This document shows, piece after piece, positions 55,671 to 64,000 of a DNA stretch of 64,000 bases. Numbering within the stretch: position 1 is the first letter of the stretch; the number at the start of each line of letters is the position of its first letter. The notes below the pieces were generated by a model. The model saw only the letters and a program-made list of their open reading frames with translations. It was not told the DNA's origin and made no database searches. Where the stretch lies: positions 576,001 to 640,000 of the forward strand of contig CAVXKA010000001.1 in NCBI GenBank assembly GCA_963762255.1, in the 5' to 3' direction. A program made the position numbers and the translations under genes. The stretch comes from Candidatus Eiseniibacteriota bacterium (GTDB lineage: Bacteria; Eisenbacteria; RBG-16-71-46; JABDJR01).

Positions 55671-55970
55671 TCAGACGTGCTTCATCGCCTTCTCGATCCC
55701 CGCCTTCATGTCCTCGAGGTTCATCACGGGTGACATCTCGATGGACGCGTTGAGGTTCGTAAAGAACGGCTCCGCTGCCGTCGGAATCATCGATGGGTCT
55801 TTGAGATCGAAGAAGAAGAATGCCGTTCGTCTTCCGCCTTCAGGGCCAAAATAGCAGGACTCCGGCTTCATCTGCTCCACGAATGCCATGACGGTTCTGG
55901 GAAGAATGCCTTCCTTCACCCCTTTGTTGCCAGCCTCGACGGGGATGGATACTTTCATCATCACGCGCAT
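55671..55970 (-). CDS. DUF3303-like small protein
   Basis: RBS ggagg; EAGN..KEG, PESCYF, GRRTAFFFFD, AEPFF and PVMN motifs. Confidence 0.65.
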   Translation of the reverse strand: MRVMMKVSIPVEAGNKGVKEGILPRTVMAFVEQMKPESCYFGPEGGRRTAFFFFDLKDPSMIPTAAEPFFTNLNASIEMSPVMNLEDMKAGIEKAMKHV

Positions 55971-56082
55971 GTGACACCTCCATGGGTTGGTGAATCGCAA
56001 CTCGCTGCGCAGTTGAACGCTGAGGGAAGGTCTGAGCGAGGCGCCGTCCGCTGGATGCCGTTGCTGGGCGCGGGAGCTCCTG

Positions 56083-57468
56083 TCACACCGGCTTGATGTT
56101 CTGGTTCATCCGAAAGAGGTTCGTCGGGTCGTACTTCTTCTTCAGATCCACCAGCCGTTTGTACGCAGCACCGAATGCGAACGCTATGCGATCGGTTTCG
56201 TCCTCGGTCAGGAAGTTGATGTACGCCCCGCCGCTCGCGAACGGCTGTGACTTGCCGAAGAACTCGCGCGCCCAATTGATGCAGCGCTCGTCCTCGGCGG
56301 CCGTCTCCCAGCGACCGTGCACATTCATCACGTAATTCGCATCTCGGTTCGAGTAGGCCATCGCCCCCGGTGCTACGCGGGCTGTCTGGCCGCCGATCGT
56401 GCCGATGAAGATCTCGCACTGCGAGGACGGCAGCATACCGGCGTATGTGATGATGGTGTCGATCGCGCCGTCGCTAAGCTGCGAGAAGTTGTGCGACTTC
56501 CAGTAATTACGCGCGCCCGGCATCAGAAGTGGATCGAAGGCCTGCTGCCATGCCGTGTACGGCTGCACGCCAATGTGCTCGCCGTGCGCCGTGCCGAACT
56601 TGCGCAACGGCTCGATCAATTTCTCCCCCTCAGTTGGGTCGCCCGCATAGCATATAGCGAGCGCCACGATCTCCTTCCCGTGCACAGCCTCGGGCAGGAA
56701 GGGTAGCGGGGGCGCTTTCCGCGTGACCATCCACACGTTGAGGTCGTCCGGCATCGTTTGGGTGAACTCTGCGAATTGCGTGAGCACGGACTTCGCCTGG
56801 CCGAACGGGAAGACGATGAGCCCGCTCAGCACATTCGGCCCGACGGGATGGAGCTGGAACTCGAAGCTGGTGACAATGCCGAAGTTCCCACCACCACCAC
56901 GCAGCCCCCAGAAGAGGTCGGCGTTCTCCATCTCGCTGGCGTGCACCCGCTTGCCATCCGACGTGACTACTTCCGCGGAGAGCAGGCTGTCGACGGTCAT
57001 GCCGTACTTCCGGCTCAACCAGCCAAAGCCGCCGCCGAGCGTCAGCCCGGCTACCCCCGTGGTCGAGTTGATACCCAGCGGCGTTGCGAGGCCATGCACC
57101 TGCGCAGCCGCGTCAAAGTCGGCGAGAGTGCAGCCGGGTTCGACGGTCGCTCTGCGGGCGTTCGGGTCCACCTGGACTCTCTTCATCAGCGAGAGGTCGA
57201 TCATGAGGCCGTCGTCGCAGACGGCATTTCCCGCGATGTTGTGCCCGCCACCCCGGATCGAAACGAGCAGGGCATGCTTGCGGGCGAAGTTGACGGCCTG
57301 GACGACATCCTCAGGCGACGCACAGCGGGCGATCAGCGCGGGGCGGCGGTCGATCATGGCGTTCCAGATCTGGCGCACCTCGTCGTAACTCGCGTCGCCG
57401 GGAAGAAACACCCCCCCGCGGAAGTGCGCTTTGAATTCGTCGATCTTCGCTCTTTCCAACTGCTTCAT
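56083..57468 (-). CDS. FAD-binding oxidoreductase with BBE domain
   Basis: RGGGHN, GLTLGGGFG, LRGGGGNFGIVT and KKYDPTNLFRMNQNI motifs. Confidence 0.92.
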   Translation of the reverse strand: MKQLERAKIDEFKAHFRGGVFLPGDASYDEVRQIWNAMIDRRPALIARCASPEDVVQAVNFARKHALLVSIRGGGHNIAGNAVCDDGLMIDLSLMKRVQVDPNARRATVEPGCTLADFDAAAQVHGLATPLGINSTTGVAGLTLGGGFGWLSRKYGMTVDSLLSAEVVTSDGKRVHASEMENADLFWGLRGGGGNFGIVTSFEFQLHPVGPNVLSGLIVFPFGQAKSVLTQFAEFTQTMPDDLNVWMVTRKAPPLPFLPEAVHGKEIVALAICYAGDPTEGEKLIEPLRKFGTAHGEHIGVQPYTAWQQAFDPLLMPGARNYWKSHNFSQLSDGAIDTIITYAGMLPSSQCEIFIGTIGGQTARVAPGAMAYSNRDANYVMNVHGRWETAAEDERCINWAREFFGKSQPFASGGAYINFLTEDETDRIAFAFGAAYKRLVDLKKKYDPTNLFRMNQNIKPV

Positions 57469-57595
57469 GATTGCCTTCCCTCTCTTGCGGCTAATGTGAA
57501 TCGGACTGTAAGCGTCCCGACAGACTCGTGGCGCCTAGCCTTCGCGTGCTCACTGGGTCGCGAGTCAAACAAGACTAATTCTATCCTATTTGGGG

Positions 57596-57683
57596 GCGCC
57601 GGTTGTGTCCACTCGAAGGGCGGTTTTCGAACGGTTAGGAAACATGCGTCTCCCCCCCTGGATCAAGCCCGGAGGGGCCGGCG
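57596..57683 (+). repeat. non-coding att-like repeat, copy D (right part)
   Basis: Aligns with 28945-29035 and 55409-55475. Confidence 0.9.
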
Positions 57684-57827
57684 TCGGAGAATCGCTGAAC
57701 GTGAGCAGTGATGCCAGGAATGTGGCGTACCCTGAGGCGACTCGGTTCTTCTGTGCGCTTGATTCTCCGAATTTGCAGCGCATGCTGCTCACGGTTTCTG
57801 AGATGAGCTGAGAAGCGAAAGGGACTC

Positions 57828-59489
57828 ATGGCCGATCACTCGCCGGATCCAATGCGCGTGGCCATAGCGACAATGAGTTGCGTCGTCGGCGCTATCATGA
57901 TCATCTTGGTAGTTCTTCTGGTCCGGACCGTGCTTACCACGACCATTCCATTCGACAACGACGAGGCGAATCACGCTATCGACGGGTGGGAGGTCTATCG
58001 AGCCATCGCTGAGTCTTCACCGAGCGCCCTGGTCCAGGCGGTGCGGAACCAGAGCTTCTACCCGCCGGTAGGGTCCCTCTTCATCGCTGCCGCATATGCC
58101 CTGGCAGGACCCAGTATTGCCGCGAGTCGGATGCCAAGTGTCGTCAGTTTCGCCTGTGTGCTGGTGGGACTCGCATATCTGGTCATGCGCATCGCGGGCA
58201 AGCAAGAACGGAGCTGCGCCCGCAAAGGTGACCGCTGGCTCTCTGTGGCAGGTGCAGCGTTCGCCATTGCCCTGGCCATCAGCAGTCGCGTCTTCGTGCG
58301 CAATAGTGTCCCGTGCATGGCCGAGATGTGCGGGGCGATGTTGGGCCTCCTCTTGATCCTGGTTGCCGATCGCGCGGACGGACTCCCCGATAGACGCTGC
58401 CGGTGGCTTGGTATCATCGCGGCCAGCCTGGTCGCCATCACGATCTTCCTGACGAAGTACTCGTTTGGACTCTTCTTCTTCGCCGGCCTCACTGCGGCCA
58501 TTCTGAGCACGAATTGGCCACGGAGACCGAACCGCCGAGCCTGGGTCGAGGCCAGCGCCACTGTCGCCCTGGGCGCCATTGGCATCGCGGCGTGGGCGCT
58601 TGTCACACACCGGCAGACGATGGCGATGTTCTTCACCGATCACCCGAGTTACGCGCCACTCTGGTCGGAGCGGCACTTGCTGTTCTATCCCCGTCTCTGG
58701 CTGAACGGCTATTCGGCGAACGCGTTCGTCGGCCTCGCGGCCATCCTCCTGGCGATAATCGGTGCGGTTTCATACTGGAGGCGACTTCCGGTACGGGTCG
58801 CTTTCTGGTCTATCTTTGCGGGCTTCGTGGTGCTGGTCATTTCAACGACCGACGAGCCGCGGCACGTCCTCGTGGTGATACCCGCCATCTGGGTGTTGGC
58901 GGGCTTGGGCTTGGCGAGCGCGCTTCGCTGGCTACACCGATTCTCCCGAGGCCGTTTTATGGCCATCGGCCTGCTGGTACTTCTTGTGTCCATGGTCTTC
59001 GGCGGCGAACTTGGCTTCATCAAGGTTCTGCCTAAAGACTTGGCTGCGGAGTTCGAGGGGCTGCCGGTCTATGCCACGATGCAAGACTACGCGTTGGGGC
59101 AGGTCGATCTGGGTCAACCCATCCTGATTGTCGGCACGATCAGCGACCAGAATGGCTTGCTCGCAATGCGATGGCGCGCCGCTGTTCTTGCGCACGAGAG
59201 TCTCTGGAATCTCGACATCGACTACTTTCCATTCGACGAGTGCGAGCACTCCCTCATGCGCACCCATCGCAAGCCGCAGATTGCTACTGTCGACCGGAGC
59301 TTTCCTCGGGACTCACTGTCGGCGGTGCTCGGGCGTGACTACTATCGGTACATTATCGCGATCGACTGCCCCGGCGATCGATGGGTTATGCCCGACGACG
59401 TTCAGGAGGTACTGGGGCGCCAACAGAGCGCCCACCGGGATTTTGACGGCTGGTCAGTGGCGGTATACAAGCTTCAGCGCGAGTCATGA
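57828..59489 (+). CDS. ArnT/PMT-like (GT-C fold) polytopic membrane glycosyltransferase
   Basis: Loop motif DNDEANH, FYPP, LTKY and EPRH motifs; many TM helices. Confidence 0.65.
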   Translation: MADHSPDPMRVAIATMSCVVGAIMIILVVLLVRTVLTTTIPFDNDEANHAIDGWEVYRAIAESSPSALVQAVRNQSFYPPVGSLFIAAAYALAGPSIAASRMPSVVSFACVLVGLAYLVMRIAGKQERSCARKGDRWLSVAGAAFAIALAISSRVFVRNSVPCMAEMCGAMLGLLLILVADRADGLPDRRCRWLGIIAASLVAITIFLTKYSFGLFFFAGLTAAILSTNWPRRPNRRAWVEASATVALGAIGIAAWALVTHRQTMAMFFTDHPSYAPLWSERHLLFYPRLWLNGYSANAFVGLAAILLAIIGAVSYWRRLPVRVAFWSIFAGFVVLVISTTDEPRHVLVVIPAIWVLAGLGLASALRWLHRFSRGRFMAIGLLVLLVSMVFGGELGFIKVLPKDLAAEFEGLPVYATMQDYALGQVDLGQPILIVGTISDQNGLLAMRWRAAVLAHESLWNLDIDYFPFDECEHSLMRTHRKPQIATVDRSFPRDSLSAVLGRDYYRYIIAIDCPGDRWVMPDDVQEVLGRQQSAHRDFDGWSVAVYKLQRES

Positions 59490-59930
59490 TGTGACAATGA
59501 GTTGCGTGGCGGGGTGCTTTGCAGTCCAAAATGAAGGGGCATAGCCTCATGCGCCCATAGTCGTTTCACAAGGCTCGGAAACTTCCGAAGTCACTTGTAC
59601 CTACTGCAAATCCTATCCTGCCCATCAAGAACAACGTTCTGCAGGTATTCGAAATACTCGAGGTTACGCGACATCACTCGGCGCAGATGACTTTCGCTGA
59701 GCACCAGCACATGGTCGAGGCACTCCCTACGAATCGTGCCGATCACCCGCGGGAGGCGCCATCCGTCCTCCGGGGTCGCGGATCCCTTTCAGGGTGCCCG
59801 GCGACGCACGGCCTCGTCGCCGAAGTACCCGCGGGCCTGATGAACGGCAACCCAGTCGCCAAACTGCGGCGGGCAACGAGTTGGCCGGGTGTGACTCTAC
59901 GTGCAGGGGAGGCAGTCAGGAGCGCAAAGA

Positions 59931-59960
59931 AACGTTTTGACGTTATGACGTCTTAGCGTC
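59931..59960 (+). promoter_or_regulatory. 8-bp-period ACGT repeats, probable RHH antitoxin operator
   Basis: AACGTTTT GACGTTAT GACGTCTT AGCGTC immediately upstream of the antitoxin gene. Confidence 0.55.
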
Positions 59961-59971
59961 CTCATCCTCCC

Positions 59972-60205
59972 ATGACCAAGCCTCAGAAGAGAGCTACCGT
60001 CTACTTCGACGCTGAGATCCACCGCGTACTGCAGCTCAAAGCTGCGGAGACGGATCGATCGATGTCCGAGTTGGTCAACGACGCGGTGCGCGAGTCGCTC
60101 GTGGAGGATGCCGAGGATCTCGCCGCATTCGAGGAGCGCGCCTCGGAGCGCTCTGTTCGCTTCGCGGACGCGGTCAAGGATCTCAAGCAGCGTGGCAAGC
60201 TATAG
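59972..60205 (+). CDS. CopG/RHH family antitoxin
   Basis: KRATVYFD..HRVL.LKAAET.RSMSELVNDAVRESL.EDAEDL. Confidence 0.85.
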   Translation: MTKPQKRATVYFDAEIHRVLQLKAAETDRSMSELVNDAVRESLVEDAEDLAAFEERASERSVRFADAVKDLKQRGKL

Positions 60206-60314
60206 CCTTCTCATCAAACGGTCGGCGCTCAAGGAGCTCGTCTGTGAGATCGACGACAAGCGATCCGTCGTGTCCGTGGTCAAGATCGGCCGGCGGAAGG
60301 ATGTCTACCGATAG
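60192..60314 (+). pseudogene. RelE/ParE toxin with in-frame internal deletion
   Basis: MASYSLLIKRSALKEL is joined to EIDD..VVSVVKIGRRKDVYR; only 40 aa. Confidence 0.75.
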
Positions 60315-60324
60315 CCTTACCCGG

Positions 60325-60771
60325 TCACGGCACCGTGATCGTCGTGTCGAGCCCGGAGAGGCACGATCCGCTCTGGCCCGCCCGGCTCTCGAAGAGCACG
60401 CGCAGCTCGCCGACTCCCTCACCGACGAAGCGGAACGAGTTCTCGAACGGGCAGATGCACCGGCATGCGTAGAGCGTGTCCACCACCGCGATGGTGAGGA
60501 CGCCGGCGTCGTAGGTCACCTGCTCCGTGAACTCCGGACAGCAGTTGGCCTCGAAGCGGATCCAAATGACGAGTGTGTCCTCGATCGCTTCGACGTTCGT
60601 GAGGCTGGCCCCTTCGAGGCATTCCTCGATGCCGCCCCTGCTGGCCACGCACCCATAGTCGGTGTGTCCAAGAAATTCCATGGAGTTCGGGCGCGTCTCA
60701 TCATCGTTGCAGGCGCCCAGTACAACGACGAAGACGGCGAGCAGCGCGTGGAGCGCTTTCGTGCTTCGCAT
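60325..60771 (-). CDS. Cys-rich lipoprotein
   Basis: Lipobox VLGAC; ANCC and ACRCIC motifs. Confidence 0.65.
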   Translation of the reverse strand: MRSTKALHALLAVFVVVLGACNDDETRPNSMEFLGHTDYGCVASRGGIEECLEGASLTNVEAIEDTLVIWIRFEANCCPEFTEQVTYDAGVLTIAVVDTLYACRCICPFENSFRFVGEGVGELRVLFESRAGQSGSCLSGLDTTITVP

Positions 60772-60842
60772 GGCGGAACCTCCCGGGCTCCCCGAGGGGG
60801 GGGCTCGACTCGATCTACGAGTCCATTGTACCCGGGTGCTCC

Positions 60843-63539
60843 CTACTTCGCCCCTTCGATCTCCGCCTCCCAGTTCATCACCAGGTTGATGACCGACCGA
60901 CCCTGTACGCCGATCGGCATGCACACCGCGATCCGCTGGCCGTCGGGCGAGATATCGGCATCGACGAACCCGTGGGGCAGGCGAAGCAGCGGGCGCGGGG
61001 TCTCGAAGCGGAATGCCTCGCCGCACTCCGTCGCCGAGACCATGATGGTCTGGCCGTCTCCCCCGATGAAGTAGAGCTCTCCGCCGTCGCGACGCCAGCG
61101 CACCCATGAGGCCGTCGTGTTGACCAGCGGGTTCGCTCCCGCATCGGACACGCGGTACTTGCGGTCCAGGGACGGAAAGGACTGCACGTAGATCTCGAAG
61201 CGTCCCGATTCGTCCGAGCGGTAGGCGATCCACCGGCCATCTGGGGACACTACCGCATCCATTTCATTGAAACGGGTCTGGATGAGCGGCTTGGGCTCGC
61301 CGCGCCCGTCCGTGGGGACGGTCCAGATATCCTCGCTGGTCTCGCCGCTCAGCGAACGGTAGATGACGGTGCGCCCGTCGGGAGTGATGTCGGTAGGGTC
61401 GTTGAAGAGATTCGGCACGTCGGCCACCAGCTCCTCGGCGCCCGAACCGTCCGCGTTCTTCGCGTAGATGCTCCGTCCACCCCCGCGATCCGATCCGTAC
61501 AGCACCCGGCGTCCGTCAGGGGTCCAGGCCCCGTCGCTGTCGAATGTGCCGTCCACGGTGAAGCGGCTGGAGATATTGCGCGCGGCATCCGCCATGACCA
61601 ATGGAGAGACGGACAGCCCCAGCTTGCTGAAGTTGAACACGAGGTGCGCTCCGTCGGGAGAGAACCGAGGCGTGGTGTAGGTTCCGGGGGGGAGCGAAAG
61701 CGCTCCGCGCGCCTGCCCCGAGCGGTCTAGGAACTCGACCCGCGTGTCGGTGGAGCGCAGCTCACGCTGGACGAGAACCCCGTCCCGCGATGCCATGAGC
61801 ACCGGCGAGCCGGAGTAACTTGCGGTTGCATCCACCAGATCGCGGATCGGCTGCGGCGTTCCACGGAGGCTCATCCGGCCGGCGTCGAAGGGTTGAGCGA
61901 GGACGGTGCCCTGCCGGTTGAACAAGAGATACCCCGGCCCGGCGTAGACCGCCGTGCTGTTGGCGCTCAAGACCACCGGGCCCGGCTCGGGCGAGTCCAG
62001 CGAGCCGACGCGGGTCTCCTTTTCGTTAGCGAGGCCGGGTAAAGCCACGTACAGGAAGTGACGTCCGTCGGGGAGGAAGCTGGGGAAGCGGTGCGCGGTC
62101 TCCCCTTTCGAGGCATCGAGGGTAGTCGCCGGCTTCGGCGTTCCACCACTGGCCGGCACTTGCATGAGCGCGCCGGAGGCGGCGGGTGCGAAGACGATCA
62201 CGTCATCGGGGCTCCACGCGCCCCCGCGGGGGTTGGGCGCCGCGCAGATCGCCTGCACGCCCTGAGCGGCGACCGCCATGCGTCGCAGTTCTCCTCCGGC
62301 GAAGAAGGCGACGTTGCGGCTGTCGGGGGACCAGAAGGGTATTGCCGCGCCCTCCGTTCCCGGCATCGCGCGCGCCGTCGCGGAGGAGAGTGGGCGCAGC
62401 CACAGGCGCCGGGTTCCCGACGAGTCCTGCCCGACGAAAGCGAGCGTGGTCCCGTCGGGGGAGATCGTGATGTCCGGAACCTCGTCGCTCACCTCCACGC
62501 CGTCCGGAGCCTGCACCGAAACGCGCAGCGTACCCATCTCCGGCGCGTCCCCTCTGGCTCTCACAAGTGCGAACCCCGCCAGAGCTGTCGCGAGCACGGC
62601 AACGAGCGCGGCTGCGCCGATCTCCCAGCGAAACCGGCTGCGACGCGCCGAAGGCAGGACACTCGCGACGGCAGCCGGCGGGTCGGTGAACGCCTCCCCC
62701 AACTCGAGGCGCGCGTCGCCGATGTCCCGCAGACGCTCCTTCGGGTCCTTGCGCAGACACCGCCGCAACAGCTCCCGCACCCTCGGCGGCACGTTCGCCG
62801 GCAGCGCACTCCAGTCCGGTTCCCGCTCCAGGATCCTCGCGATCAGATCCGAGACCGTTTCTCCATCGTACAACTGCCGGTCGGTCAGACATTCGTACAG
62901 GACACACCCAAACGACCAGATGTCGGTGCGCCGGTCCACCACGCGACCCCGCGCCTGCTCCGGACTCATGTAGGCCGCGGTCCCCAGGATCACTCCCGCG
63001 CCGGTCGCCGCGTGCGCCAGCGTCGGCGAGTGCGAGATGTGAAAGTCCGATCCGTCGCCCCCCGCGGCGCTCTTCGCCAGCCCGAAGTCGAGCACCTTCA
63101 CCTTTCCATCGGGCGTGATCTTCACGTTGCCCGGCTTGAGATCGCGGTGGATCACCCCGCTCTCGTGCGCGGCTTCCACTCCCGCCGCGATCTGCCGGCA
63201 GATATCGATCGCCTCGTCGAGCGGCATGGGACCTCGCTGGAGCCGCTCGGCCAAGGTCGGTCCCTCGATGTACTCCAGTACCAGGTAGCGATCCCCCGCG
63301 ACCTCTTCCAAACCGTAGATCGCCGCGATGTTCGGATGGCTGAGCGTGGCGAGGAGTCGCGCTTCGCGCTCGAAGCGGCTCAGACGCTCCGGGTCGCGAG
63401 CGAAGGCGTCCGGCAGTGCCTTGATGGCGACGTCGCGCCCCAGCCGCGAGTCGTGAGCGCGATAGACCTCGCCCATGCCGCCGGCGCCGATCTTCTCGAG
63501 GACGGTGTAGGGACCCAGCGTGGAATCAGATAACGACAT
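60843..63539 (-). CDS. Ser/Thr protein kinase with TM segment and TolB/PD40 beta-propeller
   Basis: GAGGMGEVY, VAIK, HRDLKPGN, DFG and YMSPEQ motifs; SPDG repeats. Confidence 0.93.
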   Translation of the reverse strand: MSLSDSTLGPYTVLEKIGAGGMGEVYRAHDSRLGRDVAIKALPDAFARDPERLSRFEREARLLATLSHPNIAAIYGLEEVAGDRYLVLEYIEGPTLAERLQRGPMPLDEAIDICRQIAAGVEAAHESGVIHRDLKPGNVKITPDGKVKVLDFGLAKSAAGGDGSDFHISHSPTLAHAATGAGVILGTAAYMSPEQARGRVVDRRTDIWSFGCVLYECLTDRQLYDGETVSDLIARILEREPDWSALPANVPPRVRELLRRCLRKDPKERLRDIGDARLELGEAFTDPPAAVASVLPSARRSRFRWEIGAAALVAVLATALAGFALVRARGDAPEMGTLRVSVQAPDGVEVSDEVPDITISPDGTTLAFVGQDSSGTRRLWLRPLSSATARAMPGTEGAAIPFWSPDSRNVAFFAGGELRRMAVAAQGVQAICAAPNPRGGAWSPDDVIVFAPAASGALMQVPASGGTPKPATTLDASKGETAHRFPSFLPDGRHFLYVALPGLANEKETRVGSLDSPEPGPVVLSANSTAVYAGPGYLLFNRQGTVLAQPFDAGRMSLRGTPQPIRDLVDATASYSGSPVLMASRDGVLVQRELRSTDTRVEFLDRSGQARGALSLPPGTYTTPRFSPDGAHLVFNFSKLGLSVSPLVMADAARNISSRFTVDGTFDSDGAWTPDGRRVLYGSDRGGGRSIYAKNADGSGAEELVADVPNLFNDPTDITPDGRTVIYRSLSGETSEDIWTVPTDGRGEPKPLIQTRFNEMDAVVSPDGRWIAYRSDESGRFEIYVQSFPSLDRKYRVSDAGANPLVNTTASWVRWRRDGGELYFIGGDGQTIMVSATECGEAFRFETPRPLLRLPHGFVDADISPDGQRIAVCMPIGVQGRSVINLVMNWEAEIEGAK

Positions 63540-63869
63540 CGGGATGCCTCCGAAGGGGAACGGGGAAGACCGACCCAGTTTACACACAAATGACAAATAA
63601 TGTCGTGTTTAATGCTGGGGGAGTCCGGCCGACGAGGGGCACGACCACCGACCCGCGCGACTGGTCCGGGCCTTGCATTATGCACTCCTCAGGAACGTCA
63701 TTCCGAACTCGGATACGGGCCCGCTTCGGTCCAGCATCAAGTGCGTCATGCGGTTAGCGCAGCCACCACGAACTGGACGCCGGCGCGAAGGCCGCCTCTT
63801 GGCCCAAAGCGTGGGTTGGAGTACCCAGGGGATCGGCAACATGAAATCCAATCGGGACGAAACCGCAGA

Positions 63870-64000
63870 ATGAAAACTCTCGCGACCGGGGCGCTCCTCA
63901 CCTGCCTCCTCTGGGCCGCACCCGTTGGGGCCCAGACTTTGAGCGGGACGGAGCTGGGAGTGGACTTCGGCTTCAACGTCAGCTTCATCGATGACAGCGA
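63870..64000 (+). CDS. secreted / outer-membrane beta-barrel-like protein (3'-partial)
   Basis: Signal peptide MKTLATGALL..VGA followed by an alternating strand pattern ELGVDFGFNVSF. Confidence 0.5.
   Translation, partial: MKTLATGALLTCLLWAAPVGAQTLSGTELGVDFGFNVSFIDDS

Noticed and set aside
59596-59745. IS/transposon end remnant (TGTACC.. start; QMTFAEHQHMVEALPTNRADH)
   Set aside because: Reminiscent of sequence next to rve-type transposases, but too short and with no partner end or transposase to support a call.
63580-63612. AT-rich imperfect inverted repeat upstream of the kinase gene
   Set aside because: Possible operator or promoter, but too degenerate to assign.

Overview
GC-rich bacterial window. 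The lineage is inferred to be FCB-group (Eisenbacteria/Krumholzibacteria/Latescibacteria-like) from repeated C-terminal 'TWGxxK' tails and a FlgD/T9SS-type C-terminal domain. Single-base frameshifts occur throughout and are densest at 36.7-43.6 kb, which probably reflects consensus errors. 1-26.7 kb is mostly backbone: AddA/UvrD-nuclease end, HADs, GNATs, adk, OsmC, UdgB, a B12 radical SAM gene coupled to a lipoprotein, an arsenic cluster (arsC, acr3, internally deleted arsR, a CGU selenoprotein with a SECIS-like hairpin, arsR, permease, arsEFG-like) and xdhC-mocA-ygfK-like genes. About 26.7-60.3 kb is an accessory/defence island bounded by a 19-bp palindromic repeat and punctuated by four copies of a non-coding att-like element. 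It holds a tandem array of '<cargo | small tyrosine recombinase>' units in which two recombinase copies break at nearly the same site. The cargo comprises (i) a CCA/poly(A)-polymerase-like nucleotidyltransferase coupled to a dGTPase, (ii) a Ser/Thr kinase-NDT(N-glycosidase)-XRE HTH fusion coupled to an IrrE/CapP-like peptidase and (iii) a HEPN protein. The island also carries a type III R-M system, an N-terminally truncated large serine recombinase and secreted proteins. The best candidates for undescribed systems are the two-gene operons (i) and (ii) and the recombinase cassette array itself. All calls come from motif reading only; no searches were run.
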